Positions 40,637 through 50,899 of a DNA stretch of 64,000 nucleotides are shown one piece after another (position 1 is the stretch's first letter; every line of letters begins with the position of its first letter). Position numbers and translations under genes: made by a program. This stretch comes from a virus, in the IMG/VR virus record IMGVR_UViG_3300026445_000027, positions 64,001 to 128,000 of that record; one strand, given 5' to 3'. The notes beneath the pieces were generated by a model that saw only the letters and a list, made by a program, of their open reading frames with translations, did no database searches and had not been told where the DNA came from.

Positions 40637-42697
40637 TTAGTACAGCGGGGTGAAGAAGTTCACCGACTGACCGGCTTGGACGATCGGGCTGTTGCTACCA
40701 GCAGCCACAGTAGTAGCCAGGCCGATACCAGGCGCGAACGCCAGGCGGTTGGTCTGGAAGCTACCCAGGTTGTTGGCGGCGTTCAGGTTGCCGATACCGT
40801 TCATCGCTTCGGCCATGGCAGCCATGAAGTCCGGAGCGAAGATCGCCGAGTTGCCGAAGGCGTTGATGTGGTTGTGACCGTCGAACAGCGAGGACGATTG
40901 CTCGATCCGCAGTTTCTGCGAACGTTGCTTGAAGTCTTCCTGCTGTGCGTTGCCGTAGACCAGACCCAGGTAGTTCTCGATCGACGCTTTCGCGGCAGCC
41001 GAGTTGCCAGGCTTGGCGTTGCAGATGAACATTTCGTCCACTTCTTGGGTGTTGATGTGACGCTCGCGGTCGTCCTTGCCACCAGGGGTAACGGCCAGAC
41101 CGTTGACAACGATGGAGTTGGACTGGATCAGGATCGGCTTGGTTTGAGCCGGGAACCAGCCGCGATCGGCTGCACGGTTCTTCGCGATGACTTCCGAGAA
41201 GCGCTTGTTGGTCATCGAGTCGATCAGTGCCACAACAACCTTGACAGCCTTGGCGTTGTCCGAACCCACCAGCTTGCGCATGAAGTTGATGATCGGAGCA
41301 TCCGGACCGTTCGAGATCAGGTTGATCTTGAACACCGCGTGGGCCGCCACGTTCTGACGGATCCAGTTGGTGACGAAGTCGGTGTCGTTGATGTTCTTCT
41401 CGTTCAGCGGCGGACGGATCTGAGGGTTCAGGATCTGCGCTGCGCCAGGCATGTTCTGCACCATCATCTGGATCCGGGTCTCCAGACCGGCCAGCGAACC
41501 ACGACCACCTACGTGTTGCTTACGCAGTGCGTCGGCGAAGACGTACTGGTTGTTGGTGGTCATCAGCGCGAACAGGCCGAAGAAGAACGGATACAGACCG
41601 CCGTTACCACGCATCATTTCACCGGCAGTGACGGTGTCGATGGTGATTTCCGGCTGCAGCGGACGGTAGGCACCTGGCCAGATGTTCTGACCCAGAGCGA
41701 ACACGCTGGAACCCATGAAGCTTTGCAGGGCCTGCATGTAGTCGTTGCTTTGAGCGCGGGCCATCATGCGAGCAGCGTATTCTTCGTACGCGGTACCGAT
41801 CAGCGACACGGTTGCGGTAACACGAGCGATCTCGCGGGTGTTGACCGGGTTGTACTGCTGGGTGTTGTTGCCGTTGGCGTTCATGGTAGTCACGATGACT
41901 TCCATGTTGGCTGGCGACAGGGTCTTGCCGTCGGTCAGACGTTCCTGGATGGCTTGTACGCGAGCTTCCGCAGTACGGTCTTTGCCGTAAGGGGAATCAG
42001 GTTCCAGCCATGGGGACGGAATGTCCATGCCCATTTCGACGATTTTCTCAGCACCGTATACCAGCAGGGCCTTCTCCCACTGACGGGCCAGGTACATGGC
42101 CAGGTAGTGCGGTTGGTCCTTGGTTTCGCCGGCTTGTGGATGCTTGAGCATTTCCATGTCGACAACCACCAGGTTGACGATTTCAACGGCGTTGGCGCCC
42201 TTGGTCTTGGCGGCCGAGTCGTAGTGCTCTTTCAGGCGATCAACGAACTGCTTGTTGATCTGTGCCGAAGGAGTGATCGGAATCGAAACGCGTTGCTGCT
42301 GGCCGGCGGCGACGTTGATGGTGATGTGCTCGGTACCGATCGAGTTGTCACGGTCCGAGAACAGCGCCGCCATGATGTACATCACACCTTCGATGACGGT
42401 GTAGAAGCCCAGGCCTGGCAGTTGTGCCGAGATGTTGGTGGTCAGGTGTTCGATGGTTGGTACGATCTGACGTTGCTTGGCGTCAGTGGTGGAAGTGTTA
42501 ATGTTCTTGTAGATGTGGTCGGTCAGGACCTCATATACTTCGGTAACGATCTTGAGGTTCCGGGTGTCCGAAACCAGGGAGTTCATACCGAAGAGTTGAG
42601 CCAGAAGACCGCTCGCATTGTTGGACGGGCCCGATGGCTTGCTACCACCGTTGTTGTCGGCCCAGCCACCGTATTCGTTTTCTTTATCAAGAGCCAT
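40637..42697 (-). CDS. chmA: Chimallin (phage nuclear shell protein)
   Basis: 686 aa; flexible N- and C-terminal segments ending FFTPLY; high-expression codon bias; directly upstream of the gp55-like gene. Confidence 0.75.
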   Translation of the reverse strand: MALDKENEYGGWADNNGGSKPSGPSNNASGLLAQLFGMNSLVSDTRNLKIVTEVYEVLTDHIYKNINTSTTDAKQRQIVPTIEHLTTNISAQLPGLGFYTVIEGVMYIMAALFSDRDNSIGTEHITINVAAGQQQRVSIPITPSAQINKQFVDRLKEHYDSAAKTKGANAVEIVNLVVVDMEMLKHPQAGETKDQPHYLAMYLARQWEKALLVYGAEKIVEMGMDIPSPWLEPDSPYGKDRTAEARVQAIQERLTDGKTLSPANMEVIVTTMNANGNNTQQYNPVNTREIARVTATVSLIGTAYEEYAARMMARAQSNDYMQALQSFMGSSVFALGQNIWPGAYRPLQPEITIDTVTAGEMMRGNGGLYPFFFGLFALMTTNNQYVFADALRKQHVGGRGSLAGLETRIQMMVQNMPGAAQILNPQIRPPLNEKNINDTDFVTNWIRQNVAAHAVFKINLISNGPDAPIINFMRKLVGSDNAKAVKVVVALIDSMTNKRFSEVIAKNRAADRGWFPAQTKPILIQSNSIVVNGLAVTPGGKDDRERHINTQEVDEMFICNAKPGNSAAAKASIENYLGLVYGNAQQEDFKQRSQKLRIEQSSSLFDGHNHINAFGNSAIFAPDFMAAMAEAMNGIGNLNAANNLGSFQTNRLAFAPGIGLATTVAAGSNSPIVQAGQSVNFFTPLY

Positions 42698-42778
42698 GGA
42701 AGTTTTTCCTTTTACTATCTTCGAAGATTTGCTAGCGGTTATATCACATAAAGATAATCTTTACTGTGATTCATTGTA

Positions 42779-42795
42779 GTAATACAGGTTTGAAA
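42779..42795 (-). promoter_or_regulatory. Putative early promoter of chmA
   Basis: TTTCAAACCTGTATTAC. Confidence 0.55.
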
Positions 42796-42934
42796 TATTC
42801 TTGGCCTAAGCAAATGCTATAGGTTTAGACACCAAACTATATCACCAAATTTCCAAACTGCGTGGGGGTCCCTCCTGGAGTTTCCTCCAGGAGTACTTTC
42901 CTATATAATGGAAACACACTGAGATTATACCTAC

Positions 42935-44029
42935 ATGCAAACTCTAACGTTTCCGACTGCAGGTAGTTACATTTACCCAATGAAGCATTACCCTGGGATG
43001 AACAACCTGCGCAGGGTTACTACTTTCAATGAGCGTGCGTTCCGTGGTTACGTTGATCAGAACCCGTTCAACCTGGAGAACCAACACTTGTTGGTGGGGA
43101 TCCTCCAGCAGCTGGCAATCGATCCTGAGTGGGATCTAGACTACGTTGTCAGCTATACGCGGTTCCGTTCTAATAGCTTAGCAACCGTGTTTAAAATTAA
43201 TTCCATCAGTGGTGTAGGCGAACCTATAAAGGACGGCCTGTACCGTGAGGGTACCACTGAGCTGTGGGGTTTACTGGAACACGATAAGGTTTATCCGCAG
43301 ACTATCCGTTTGGAAGACCTGCGACCTGTCGTTCCAGTTTACACCAATATACTGAAACGTGGGTATAAACTTACTGTTGAGCGATCACTCAATCCCACCC
43401 ATCGTGGTTTTGATATGGCCGTCATTGGGTTGAACCTGGTAGAGCTAGCCATTGGCTGGTGGCTGTACATGCGGGAAGACCGTGATCGTGACACGGGGAT
43501 CCATGCGTACCTGTGTAAGTATCCTCTTTATTACGCGCAACTGATGCACAACCAGGGGTTAACGGTAAACTATCTGTACGAGTTCTTTGTCCGTGGGGTT
43601 CCTTTAAAGGACTTGTGGGAGATGGAGCAAGTCAAGTTTACTACGCTGGGTGAGGAGAAGCTATATAAAGAGTATTTCAGTTTCCGAGTGGATTTCCTGA
43701 CTAGCCGTAAGCTGGTGGATATCGGTCATCTGGTAGCCAGTGTGGATAACATATACCATCCGAATTACTTCAACTATGAGGACGGTGGACGCAATAAGTT
43801 GTTATCCCAAACCCGCTGGTTATGGGAACCTAACTCGATCAGGTGGTACAGTATTTACTTTGCCATCTGTAACGCTCTAGGGCATCCTGTGGGCGATGTT
43901 AAGGCTCGATTGAAGCGTACCCTACCGATTGTGCACGAAGGCTTCAATAAGTGCCCTTCCACCTTATGTAGGGAAAGTTTCAAAAGGGAATCCTTGGAAC
44001 TGCACCGCTTAATACTAAAAAACAAATAA
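42935..44029 (+). CDS. Conserved protein divergent from chimallin (probably virion)
   Basis: 364 aa; syntenic position. Confidence 0.6.
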   Translation: MQTLTFPTAGSYIYPMKHYPGMNNLRRVTTFNERAFRGYVDQNPFNLENQHLLVGILQQLAIDPEWDLDYVVSYTRFRSNSLATVFKINSISGVGEPIKDGLYREGTTELWGLLEHDKVYPQTIRLEDLRPVVPVYTNILKRGYKLTVERSLNPTHRGFDMAVIGLNLVELAIGWWLYMREDRDRDTGIHAYLCKYPLYYAQLMHNQGLTVNYLYEFFVRGVPLKDLWEMEQVKFTTLGEEKLYKEYFSFRVDFLTSRKLVDIGHLVASVDNIYHPNYFNYEDGGRNKLLSQTRWLWEPNSIRWYSIYFAICNALGHPVGDVKARLKRTLPIVHEGFNKCPSTLCRESFKRESLELHRLILKNK

Positions 44030-44041
44030 AAAGTTGTTTAA

Positions 44042-44083
44042 TATAACCTACCCTAGCCCCGTCAAGGGCTAGGGTAGGTTATA
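44042..44083. terminator. 18-bp hairpin between convergent genes
   Basis: tataacctaccctagccc-cgtcaa-gggctagggtaggttata. Confidence 0.8.
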
Positions 44084-44091
44084 CCAATTAT

Positions 44092-44295
44092 TCATGCTGC
44101 TACCTTCACAACAGTGCTCAGAGCATTGATCTTTGCAGTCAACTTGTTCATCTCTTTGCACAGCAACCGGTACTCTTTATCCAAGCATACACCTGGACCT
44201 TCTTCCCGGAACCAAGCACTACGTTTAGCATTCAGTGCTTCGCGTTCTTTGATCAGGTTAGCAACAGTGTTTACTTCAAAGTCGAAAATGGACAT
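44092..44295 (-). CDS. Small early protein
   Basis: 67 aa, AGGAG RBS, own promoter-like motif at 44356-44372. Confidence 0.65.
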   Translation of the reverse strand: MSIFDFEVNTVANLIKEREALNAKRSAWFREEGPGVCLDKEYRLLCKEMNKLTAKINALSTVVKVAA

Positions 44296-44390
44296 GGTGA
44301 ACTCCTAGGGTGTTAGTGTAGTGAACCAAATGGTTTACTGACCTTATACACCCTAGTTATATAGACCCAAGACTCCCTAGAAGTTAAACC

Positions 44391-44729
44391 CTAGTAAGTT
44401 CCATCCGACCGGGCCGAACGCTTGTCCTCGAGCATACTCCAATAACGTTCTGGAGTTACCACAATAACTGCACCTAATTTACCGTTTATGAGTTTGAGGA
44501 ATTCCTCGATGTCCTCTTCTCTCTTAAAGTAAAGTTGGTGATCTTGATCACATTCGTAGTACTCCAAGTAAGTTTCCTTGGTTACCTCAAAACCGTATTC
44601 AAGCTTCTCTGCGGAGGGATCAAGAAAATATTCGTTGAGGGCGTCTTCATAATTGAAAGCGCCTTCAGCAGCGAACTCTAGTCCAGACCCCTTATGTTTG
44701 TAGTACGCCAGCGATGGATCAATGTTCAT
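44391..44729 (-). CDS. Accessory acidic protein
   Basis: ATG 44729 overlapping the polymerase stop region; AT-richer than neighbours. Confidence 0.6.
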   Translation of the reverse strand: MNIDPSLAYYKHKGSGLEFAAEGAFNYEDALNEYFLDPSAEKLEYGFEVTKETYLEYYECDQDHQLYFKREEDIEEFLKLINGKLGAVIVVTPERYWSMLEDKRSARSDGTY

Positions 44730-46824
44730 CGGACACCAGTCGTGTAGCTTTGCTGTTAAGGAAGTACAATCCGAGCGACTCAAGGATTGCGTAAATGGAT
44801 TTAAAGTTCTGCTGGATCAACAGACGCGAGTCCACGATAGGTAGTAGCTCTTTCGGTATGCCGCCCATCTCATCGATCATGTCTACTGGGATATAAACCG
44901 ATGTCAACTTAGGACGGGTTTCGATGTAAGCATGGAAGTTCTCTCCCCACACTTTGTCTTCTACCGAATCGAAATACTGTCGCATCTTAGACTTGTTGTG
45001 CAACGCCAAGTTGACCTTGTAAGCCCGGTATGGCAGTTCTGGTGCTTTGCCGTACTTAGGCGCAAACACACTCTCCCACAACTCGTGGTAGTAGTAGATG
45101 CTCGACTCTGGGTTAGAGTAAGCATTCTCAGCTTTGATACCGTTCTTAGTCAGCCAGGTGTAACCACCCTCGTCAATATCTTGGAACAGGGCACGTTCAA
45201 TGTCAGCGATCTCAGCCAACAGTTCAGCAGCATCCAACTGCTTCTTGTTGTAGATAGCATCGAGCACTTTACGCATAAGCGTGTTGGTGAACTCACGTAC
45301 CTTAAGTGCGATCTTAACCCCACGCAAGTGCACGCCTTTGAGCTCTAACTTAGGTTTGGGGTGCAAGATACCTTCCAGCATCAACTGCATTGCATAGTAG
45401 TGCTTGGACATGGAGGTCGTCACGTACGAACTGAACAAGTACTCGTTTTTCATGTTCAATCGGTACATGTACCGATTAGACACGTTCATGTTCTTACTGA
45501 GACGTGCGTGCTGGTCTACTGCGATGCAACGGATGAAATACGTCAGTGCGGCGTTGAAGCAGATACCACCCTGCTCGTCTTCTACGTAGTCGTCGATAAT
45601 CATGTCTACCGAGTAGATCATCGAGTCAGTGTCAGACGTCAGTACGTTCTCACGCACCAGCTCTTTCGCACTGAACACACCACTTGGTGGAATGTCTGCA
45701 CGGAAGAATGCGTTAATGAATGTACTCCACTTCTCTTCCAACGACAAGTGGTGGGTGTTGAGGAACGTCATCTGCTTGCTGTCGGGTTTCTTACCCAACT
45801 TGGTAATACAGAGGATCTCGTAGTCCGAGTTAGCCGGCTTGACACCAGTAGACGGATCGTAGTCCTCTGGCATCTCTGGCAGAGCACACCAATCGTTGAA
45901 GAACCGTTGCATCAGTTCCCGGTTGGTAGTGTACAGACCACGCAAGTCCATGGTGCACAGCAGGATGGTCAGCTCCAGTGGGCTCAGACCTTCCAAGAAC
46001 AACTGGATAGCACCCAAACGAGTCGGGTTCTTCCAGTAGTAACGAGCGCAACGACGAACCATGTCCATGACTTGGTCGACTGTCGCATAATTCATTGAGT
46101 ACTCGTTGATCACACGATGGATCAACTTACGGTCAGCAAACGCCAAAGTACTGAGGAACAGTTCCATTGTTGCGTCGAAGCTAACCAACAAACGGTTACC
46201 GGTAATCAGACGCTCGTTCAGCAAGTTAGCGGTCGAGGTTACAGTCCGGCAAGTACTGGTCAGAGTAGTGTGACCAGATTTGTTGTACAGCGGAGTACCA
46301 GACGAAGACATACCACCCGACTGGGCGTTGTTGAAAATCTTCAGTGCGTTCTGGATCTCGTCGAATGCTTTTGCTGCTTCTTGGTCGTTAACGCCAAGTG
46401 CTTCTTTTTTCTTACCCTTGTACAGACGACGGAATTCAATAAAGGTGTCTGTACCAATGGCGTTTACCGATTGTTCATCATCGGTGTGCTTGTACGCTAC
46501 AAAGGACGGGCTGAGGATCCAGTTATTATGTTCTACTGTCTGGAAGAACTCACTTGCTGGCATGACCGTCGGAACACGATCACCATACTTATTCTTTTTG
46601 AATACACCGAACTTGACTTCCTTGAAGCCGTTCTCGTTCGGGATAAAGACTTTCTCACATAACTCGAGTACTACGTTGTAATCGTACCCGTAAAGCACGC
46701 TAAGGTACATCGCAGCCTGAATGTGATACGACTTGATGATATCACGATTAGGCTTGTACTGCTCAGCCATGAAGGGGTTCTTCACTTCCTTGGCTGGTTT
46801 TAGGTTAGTTACTTGAGCAGTCAT
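44719..46824 (-). CDS. Family-B DNA polymerase palm/thumb subunit (gp50-like)
   Basis: Motif B KIFNNAQSG, motif C SDTDS, KHY, LKGV. Confidence 0.85.
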   Translation of the reverse strand: MTAQVTNLKPAKEVKNPFMAEQYKPNRDIIKSYHIQAAMYLSVLYGYDYNVVLELCEKVFIPNENGFKEVKFGVFKKNKYGDRVPTVMPASEFFQTVEHNNWILSPSFVAYKHTDDEQSVNAIGTDTFIEFRRLYKGKKKEALGVNDQEAAKAFDEIQNALKIFNNAQSGGMSSSGTPLYNKSGHTTLTSTCRTVTSTANLLNERLITGNRLLVSFDATMELFLSTLAFADRKLIHRVINEYSMNYATVDQVMDMVRRCARYYWKNPTRLGAIQLFLEGLSPLELTILLCTMDLRGLYTTNRELMQRFFNDWCALPEMPEDYDPSTGVKPANSDYEILCITKLGKKPDSKQMTFLNTHHLSLEEKWSTFINAFFRADIPPSGVFSAKELVRENVLTSDTDSMIYSVDMIIDDYVEDEQGGICFNAALTYFIRCIAVDQHARLSKNMNVSNRYMYRLNMKNEYLFSSYVTTSMSKHYYAMQLMLEGILHPKPKLELKGVHLRGVKIALKVREFTNTLMRKVLDAIYNKKQLDAAELLAEIADIERALFQDIDEGGYTWLTKNGIKAENAYSNPESSIYYYHELWESVFAPKYGKAPELPYRAYKVNLALHNKSKMRQYFDSVEDKVWGENFHAYIETRPKLTSVYIPVDMIDEMGGIPKELLPIVDSRLLIQQNFKSIYAILESLGLYFLNSKATRLVSDEH

Positions 46825-46860
46825 AAGCGACCTGTTTATGCAATCTAAAAATTAAAGACA

Positions 46861-46912
46861 CAAAAAATAAAAAGGTGGCACCAAGTCCCCTAACTTAATA
46901 GGAGACTTGGTG
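46861..46912 (-). terminator. Intrinsic terminator
   Basis: Hairpin at 46879-46912 plus T-tract on the minus strand. Confidence 0.7.
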
Positions 46913-46921
46913 TTAACTTAA

Positions 46922-47335
46922 CTACTCGTTGGTAAACTTGTTGCTGGTGTAGTTGGCCCCCAGGCTGGTCATGAAGGTCTTCAATGGGGCTTCCCAGGAC
47001 TCTTGCCAGTTGGTGATGTTCACCACGTTGCGCATGGACTGCACGAACTGGAAGGTGGCATCCTTGATCCAAGGAATACCAATCACCTCAGGACGACCAT
47101 CGGCATTGGCCACTACGATGTAACCGTAAGCGGTTGGGTCGTCGATGTTGTTGACTTTGTTCTGGAAATAAGGGTAAAGCATGCGATGCTTCACATTCAA
47201 TTCCGGATCCAGTGAGCGAGCGACGTTGTAGGTTAACTCACCGTCTACCCGCACACCTTGTTTGCCATCACCGATTAAACCGTTGCGCTCGAACTGGAAA
47301 CTTACTACGTCTCCCTTTTTGGGATTGATTGCCAT
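46922..47335 (-). CDS. Conserved small beta-barrel protein (gp49-like)
   Basis: 137 aa, GGAGG RBS. Confidence 0.65.
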   Translation of the reverse strand: MAINPKKGDVVSFQFERNGLIGDGKQGVRVDGELTYNVARSLDPELNVKHRMLYPYFQNKVNNIDDPTAYGYIVVANADGRPEVIGIPWIKDATFQFVQSMRNVVNITNWQESWEAPLKTFMTSLGANYTSNKFTNE

Positions 47336-47655
47336 GGTGTCCTCCGTTGGACCACAATTAACACTAGTGGTATCATCAAAGGATGGCCATCGAAGGTTAC
47401 AACCCGTCCGGGGGTAGACGTGACTACGTAATCAACTACGCTTTCGTCTTCCAGGTCCTCAATCATAATGTCAATCAAACACTGGTCTGCCGCAGTGTCT
47501 GGGTCGTCGCAGGTCATCATTAATTCGACTTCCCGCGCCAGGTAGCTTTGCAGATTATCAAACTCAAAGAACGTTTGATCGTCCGCTACTTCTGGTAATG
47601 ACGCCAGGTAATTGAGCAGCGCATCGTAATCAATGTCTAGGATACGCTTGTACAT
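47305..47655 (-). CDS. Small acidic protein
   Basis: 116 aa, operonic. Confidence 0.6.
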   Translation of the reverse strand: MYKRILDIDYDALLNYLASLPEVADDQTFFEFDNLQSYLAREVELMMTCDDPDTAADQCLIDIMIEDLEDESVVDYVVTSTPGRVVTFDGHPLMIPLVLIVVQRRTPWQSIPKRET

Positions 47656-47660
47656 GAGAA

Positions 47661-47984
47661 CTATTCCAAGTAGTAGAAAGTAAACACCACCGTCTTGCCA
47701 TTAACGGTGAAGTTCTCCAAGTATACGCTGGTATGATCCGTTACTGCTGCCTGGATAGACTCCATGGTGCGGAAGAAGTCTGTTTGCAGGATTTGTTGGC
47801 ACTCAGGGATCGGGTGGCTAAAGCCCTGGGTATTAGTCGGGATCATGTTCATCAGGGTAATGTCTACACCCTGGATCGAGAACAGGTTCTTGTACGCACC
47901 GAGCATTTCGTGGACGTCGGTGTTAGGTGGCAGTTGCACCACGTAGGTAAAGACCTGCTTTTGTTTTGCTTGCTCAGTCATCAA
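47661..47984 (-). CDS. Small protein
   Basis: 107 aa, operonic. Confidence 0.6.
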   Translation of the reverse strand: MMTEQAKQKQVFTYVVQLPPNTDVHEMLGAYKNLFSIQGVDITLMNMIPTNTQGFSHPIPECQQILQTDFFRTMESIQAAVTDHTSVYLENFTVNGKTVVFTFYYLE

Positions 47985-48306
47985 AAAGCTCCAGATAAAT
48001 TACGTGATCTTTAATGCTGAAAGACGAAAGGGTTGCGTCTTTGATAGCACTATGTACCAGAATACCAATTTGTACCAAGTGCGGGATTACTTCCAGCAGT
48101 AGGAGCTGGAACACCGCTGGATCTAGTTTCAGCAACTCGATGGTATCTTTGGTCAGGTCTTCTTGTATGTCTGGCTCGTTTGCCAACCAGATCTGCACCA
48201 GGAAGTTTAACAGGGTGTCGATCTCGGCGACACCCAAACCATGGTTGGTGAAAATGTCTTTTACCATCCCCAGAGGAACGGTTACTACTTTAGTCTTGGG
48301 TTCCAA
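47974..48306 (-). CDS. Small protein
   Basis: 110 aa, TTG start with GGAGGAG RBS. Confidence 0.6.
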   Translation of the reverse strand: MEPKTKVVTVPLGMVKDIFTNHGLGVAEIDTLLNFLVQIWLANEPDIQEDLTKDTIELLKLDPAVFQLLLLEVIPHLVQIGILVHSAIKDATLSSFSIKDHVIYLELFDD

Positions 48307-48757
48307 AGCAAAACTCCTCCAATGGTGATAGCTCGGATGGTATTAAAAAATCTCGTTCATCTATTGCTACCAAGATGTTCATATTGGGCATTAGCTTATA
48401 GCCGCACTTATAATCCAGCACAGACTTAGGTGTTAGATCAATTACCTGTCGATAGATGTGTGCGGCACCATCCTGGATGATATCTTTAATGTCATCCTCT
48501 AACAGGTTCTTGCGACAGATAATCTGGTCGTAGTGCTGTTCGTCAAACCGCACCCCACCAGGGTAACCTTCAAATGCAGCTTCGATGCTTGCTTCCCACA
48601 AACCTTTGGCTAGATCAGGCCAGCGTTTAGGTGGTAGGTTACCCACGATAATTCTGGATGTTTCTTCGCTGATCTTTTCGTACAAACTCTGCGCGTCGAT
48701 TTGATGAAAGCGGAGGGATTGACTGAGCCCTAGCACCATCAGATTTATTGAACTCAT
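48290..48757 (-). CDS. Small protein
   Basis: 155 aa; overlaps the upstream ORF by about 100 nt, start uncertain. Confidence 0.55.
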   Translation of the reverse strand: MSSINLMVLGLSQSLRFHQIDAQSLYEKISEETSRIIVGNLPPKRWPDLAKGLWEASIEAAFEGYPGGVRFDEQHYDQIICRKNLLEDDIKDIIQDGAAHIYRQVIDLTPKSVLDYKCGYKLMPNMNILVAIDERDFLIPSELSPLEEFCFGTQD

Positions 48758-49196
48758 TGATATCGTCCATACTTGGTGTGTCAGTTACCACATCCATGAT
48801 ATCTTCTTCTTCCCGCACTGGAGGAGTGATGTTCCACCCTAGTCGCTCTGCGGTAGCTTCCAGATCCATCACGATAACGGCTGTAGTATATACCACGCCG
48901 ATTACCGAGTAATCCACTTTAACCACCAATCGTGGATCCCAGCCATTACCACGAATCATGCGCTGGATCATTGCTACATACGACGAGAACACTTTATCTG
49001 GTACGGACATACCATAAGTGTCAGCAAAGTCTTCGATATCTTCGGCGATTTTGTTTTTACGCTTACCGCTAGATTCGTTAATGTATTCCACTGCAGCCGT
49101 TACTAACGCTCTGGCAATCTCCAGTCTGACCATCAAGGTAGTGTCGGCTTCCAAGATGAAGTCATTGGCTAATGCCATTATGTCGATCTTAACCAC
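48639..49196 (-). CDS. Hypothetical protein
   Basis: 185 aa, GAGG RBS. Confidence 0.6.
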   Translation of the reverse strand: MVKIDIMALANDFILEADTTLMVRLEIARALVTAAVEYINESSGKRKNKIAEDIEDFADTYGMSVPDKVFSSYVAMIQRMIRGNGWDPRLVVKVDYSVIGVVYTTAVIVMDLEATAERLGWNITPPVREEEDIMDVVTDTPSMDDINEFNKSDGARAQSIPPLSSNRRAEFVRKDQRRNIQNYRG

Positions 49197-49208
49197 AGGG
49201 TACCTCGG

Positions 49209-49505
49209 TTAATATTCCAGTGTTATTAATAGAAAAGCGTTGGCTTTACCATAGGCGCTAATATTGACGTAAGCATCACGAGGTACACCCGCTATCTTTT
49301 CCAATATCCCTTCCCGTAGCCCCTCGAAGTCATGCCCATGCATGCGATGGTAAATACGTTGCTCGTTAAATTCAGTAAACCCTTCATCCATCAAAACGGA
49401 AATAACGTCTGTAACGTCTATTTTGCGTTCTAAGAGCTTTTTGCCGTCGCCGATAGGACGGCCAAGGGTAAACCGTTCAAGGTTAATAGAGAAGCTTCTA
49501 GACAC
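49209..49505 (-). CDS. Small protein
   Basis: 98 aa, GTG start. Confidence 0.6.
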   Translation of the reverse strand: MSRSFSINLERFTLGRPIGDGKKLLERKIDVTDVISVLMDEGFTEFNEQRIYHRMHGHDFEGLREGILEKIAGVPRDAYVNISAYGKANAFLLITLEY

Positions 49506-49573
49506 CTTTACGACCCCTCTCGTTAAACATAGTATCGCATATATATGGTCAACCAGTTAAAAACAACTATAAC

Positions 49574-49607
49574 CCTAAGGGTAGGAGCATTAGCTCCTAC
49601 CCTTAGG
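49574..49607. terminator. 15-bp hairpin after phuZ
   Basis: cctaagggtaggagc-atta-gctcctacccttagg. Confidence 0.75.
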
Positions 49608-49619
49608 TTACATCATAGC

Positions 49620-50615
49620 TTACAGCAAGACGCCGTTGGAATCAGCACCGACGGACATGTCTTTCTGTTGTACGTAGACGCCCTGGTTGGTGGACTTGAC
49701 CTTGGTCAGTTTTTCCAGTTGTTGCTCCAGGTCGGCTACGGATTCACCGTGGTCCAGCAGCATGTGCAGCTGGGTGGTGTCGGCTGGGGTTTGGATGCCC
49801 TTGCCGAAGATGCCGGTGGAACGGATCACAGTGCCGGAGAAAGCAGCAGTGATGTTCTCGGACTTGTCGAACAGGCTGACGGTAGCTACCGGGATTGGGC
49901 CCTTGTAGTTTTCCGGGTTGTCGTAGAAGCTGATGCGCGACAGTGCTGGTGGAACGCCGTAGTGCTTGGAGTAGTCCAGCACGTTGAGCAGGTCTTGGAA
50001 GTCTTGCTCTTCGTTGTCACCGTTGGCGAACAGCGAGAACAGCGAGATCTTCTGAACGACGTCGCGGTCGACTTGGCCGCGGGTCTTACCTGGCTCGTTG
50101 CGGAACTCCATGTAGTTGATCGGAGCGTTGAGCTGGTTCGGTTGGGTTTGAATCGCCATCGACTGCAGAGTCTTGATGGAGTTTTCCATTTCGACCTGGG
50201 AGGTGTGGTCGGTGATGATCGCCAGTACTGCCGAGTGGCCGTTCTGTTTCAGCCAGCGGATCACCAGGGTAGCCAGCAGGGCACCAGAACCACCAGCGCC
50301 GGAGCAGGCAACGATGTTGAACACGCCTGGGGTGTACTTGTTCATGGTGCGGTCAACGAACGGTACAGCCTCGGCGTAGTTGGTAGCTTTGACCTTACCG
50401 GAACCGTTGGCGAGCTTCTTCGGATCACCGCTCAGTGGGACGCGTTCCAGCGGGATGCCCAGTTCTTCTGGCAGGCGGTTGTTACCGGAGGCGTCGAGTG
50501 CCAGGTAAGTTGCCTTGGCCACCTTGTCCGAGTAGGTGCTGGCTTTCAACAGCTTAGCGATGTTGATACCGGCGCCGCCGCAGACGATGATGTTCAGCTC
50601 TGGTTTAGTCGACAT
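49620..50615 (-). CDS. phuZ: PhuZ phage tubulin
   Basis: CGGAGINI, GSGK, SGAGGSG tubulin signature, acidic/hydrophobic C-terminal tail. Confidence 0.9.
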   Translation of the reverse strand: MSTKPELNIIVCGGAGINIAKLLKASTYSDKVAKATYLALDASGNNRLPEELGIPLERVPLSGDPKKLANGSGKVKATNYAEAVPFVDRTMNKYTPGVFNIVACSGAGGSGALLATLVIRWLKQNGHSAVLAIITDHTSQVEMENSIKTLQSMAIQTQPNQLNAPINYMEFRNEPGKTRGQVDRDVVQKISLFSLFANGDNEEQDFQDLLNVLDYSKHYGVPPALSRISFYDNPENYKGPIPVATVSLFDKSENITAAFSGTVIRSTGIFGKGIQTPADTTQLHMLLDHGESVADLEQQLEKLTKVKSTNQGVYVQQKDMSVGADSNGVLL

Positions 50616-50690
50616 AAATTACTCTCTTTACCAAGTGGAAGTGTATTGCGAAATCATTTATGTAAAAGATCTGTAGATCCATACACGTAG

Positions 50691-50708
50691 GTAATATAGG
50701 CTTGTAAA
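50691..50708 (-). promoter_or_regulatory. Early promoter of phuZ
   Basis: TTTACAAGCCTATATTAC, with an exact TATATTAC core. Confidence 0.65.
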
Positions 50709-50899
50709 TTTATTACCCTACATAAAAAGGTTATCCAGTATAAATGCAAAAAAGAAAAGCATTACCTACCAGTACCTAAACCACATGGGCAAGGACTGGT
50801 AGGCTAAGCTTAACTACACTGGGATGCTATCAACTAACTAGGTCGAACCCTACAACGACCAGGTATGTGATTGAGCAATACAATATAAAGTGCAGTTAC

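Noticed and set aside
40676-42751. 691-aa plus-strand ORF antisense to chimallin (likewise 463-1596, 5734-7482, 8916-10322, 17015-18385, 29524-32251, 49545-50690)
   Set aside because: Shadow ORFs caused by the codon bias of the real genes; V/H/Q/G-skewed composition, no RBS or motifs
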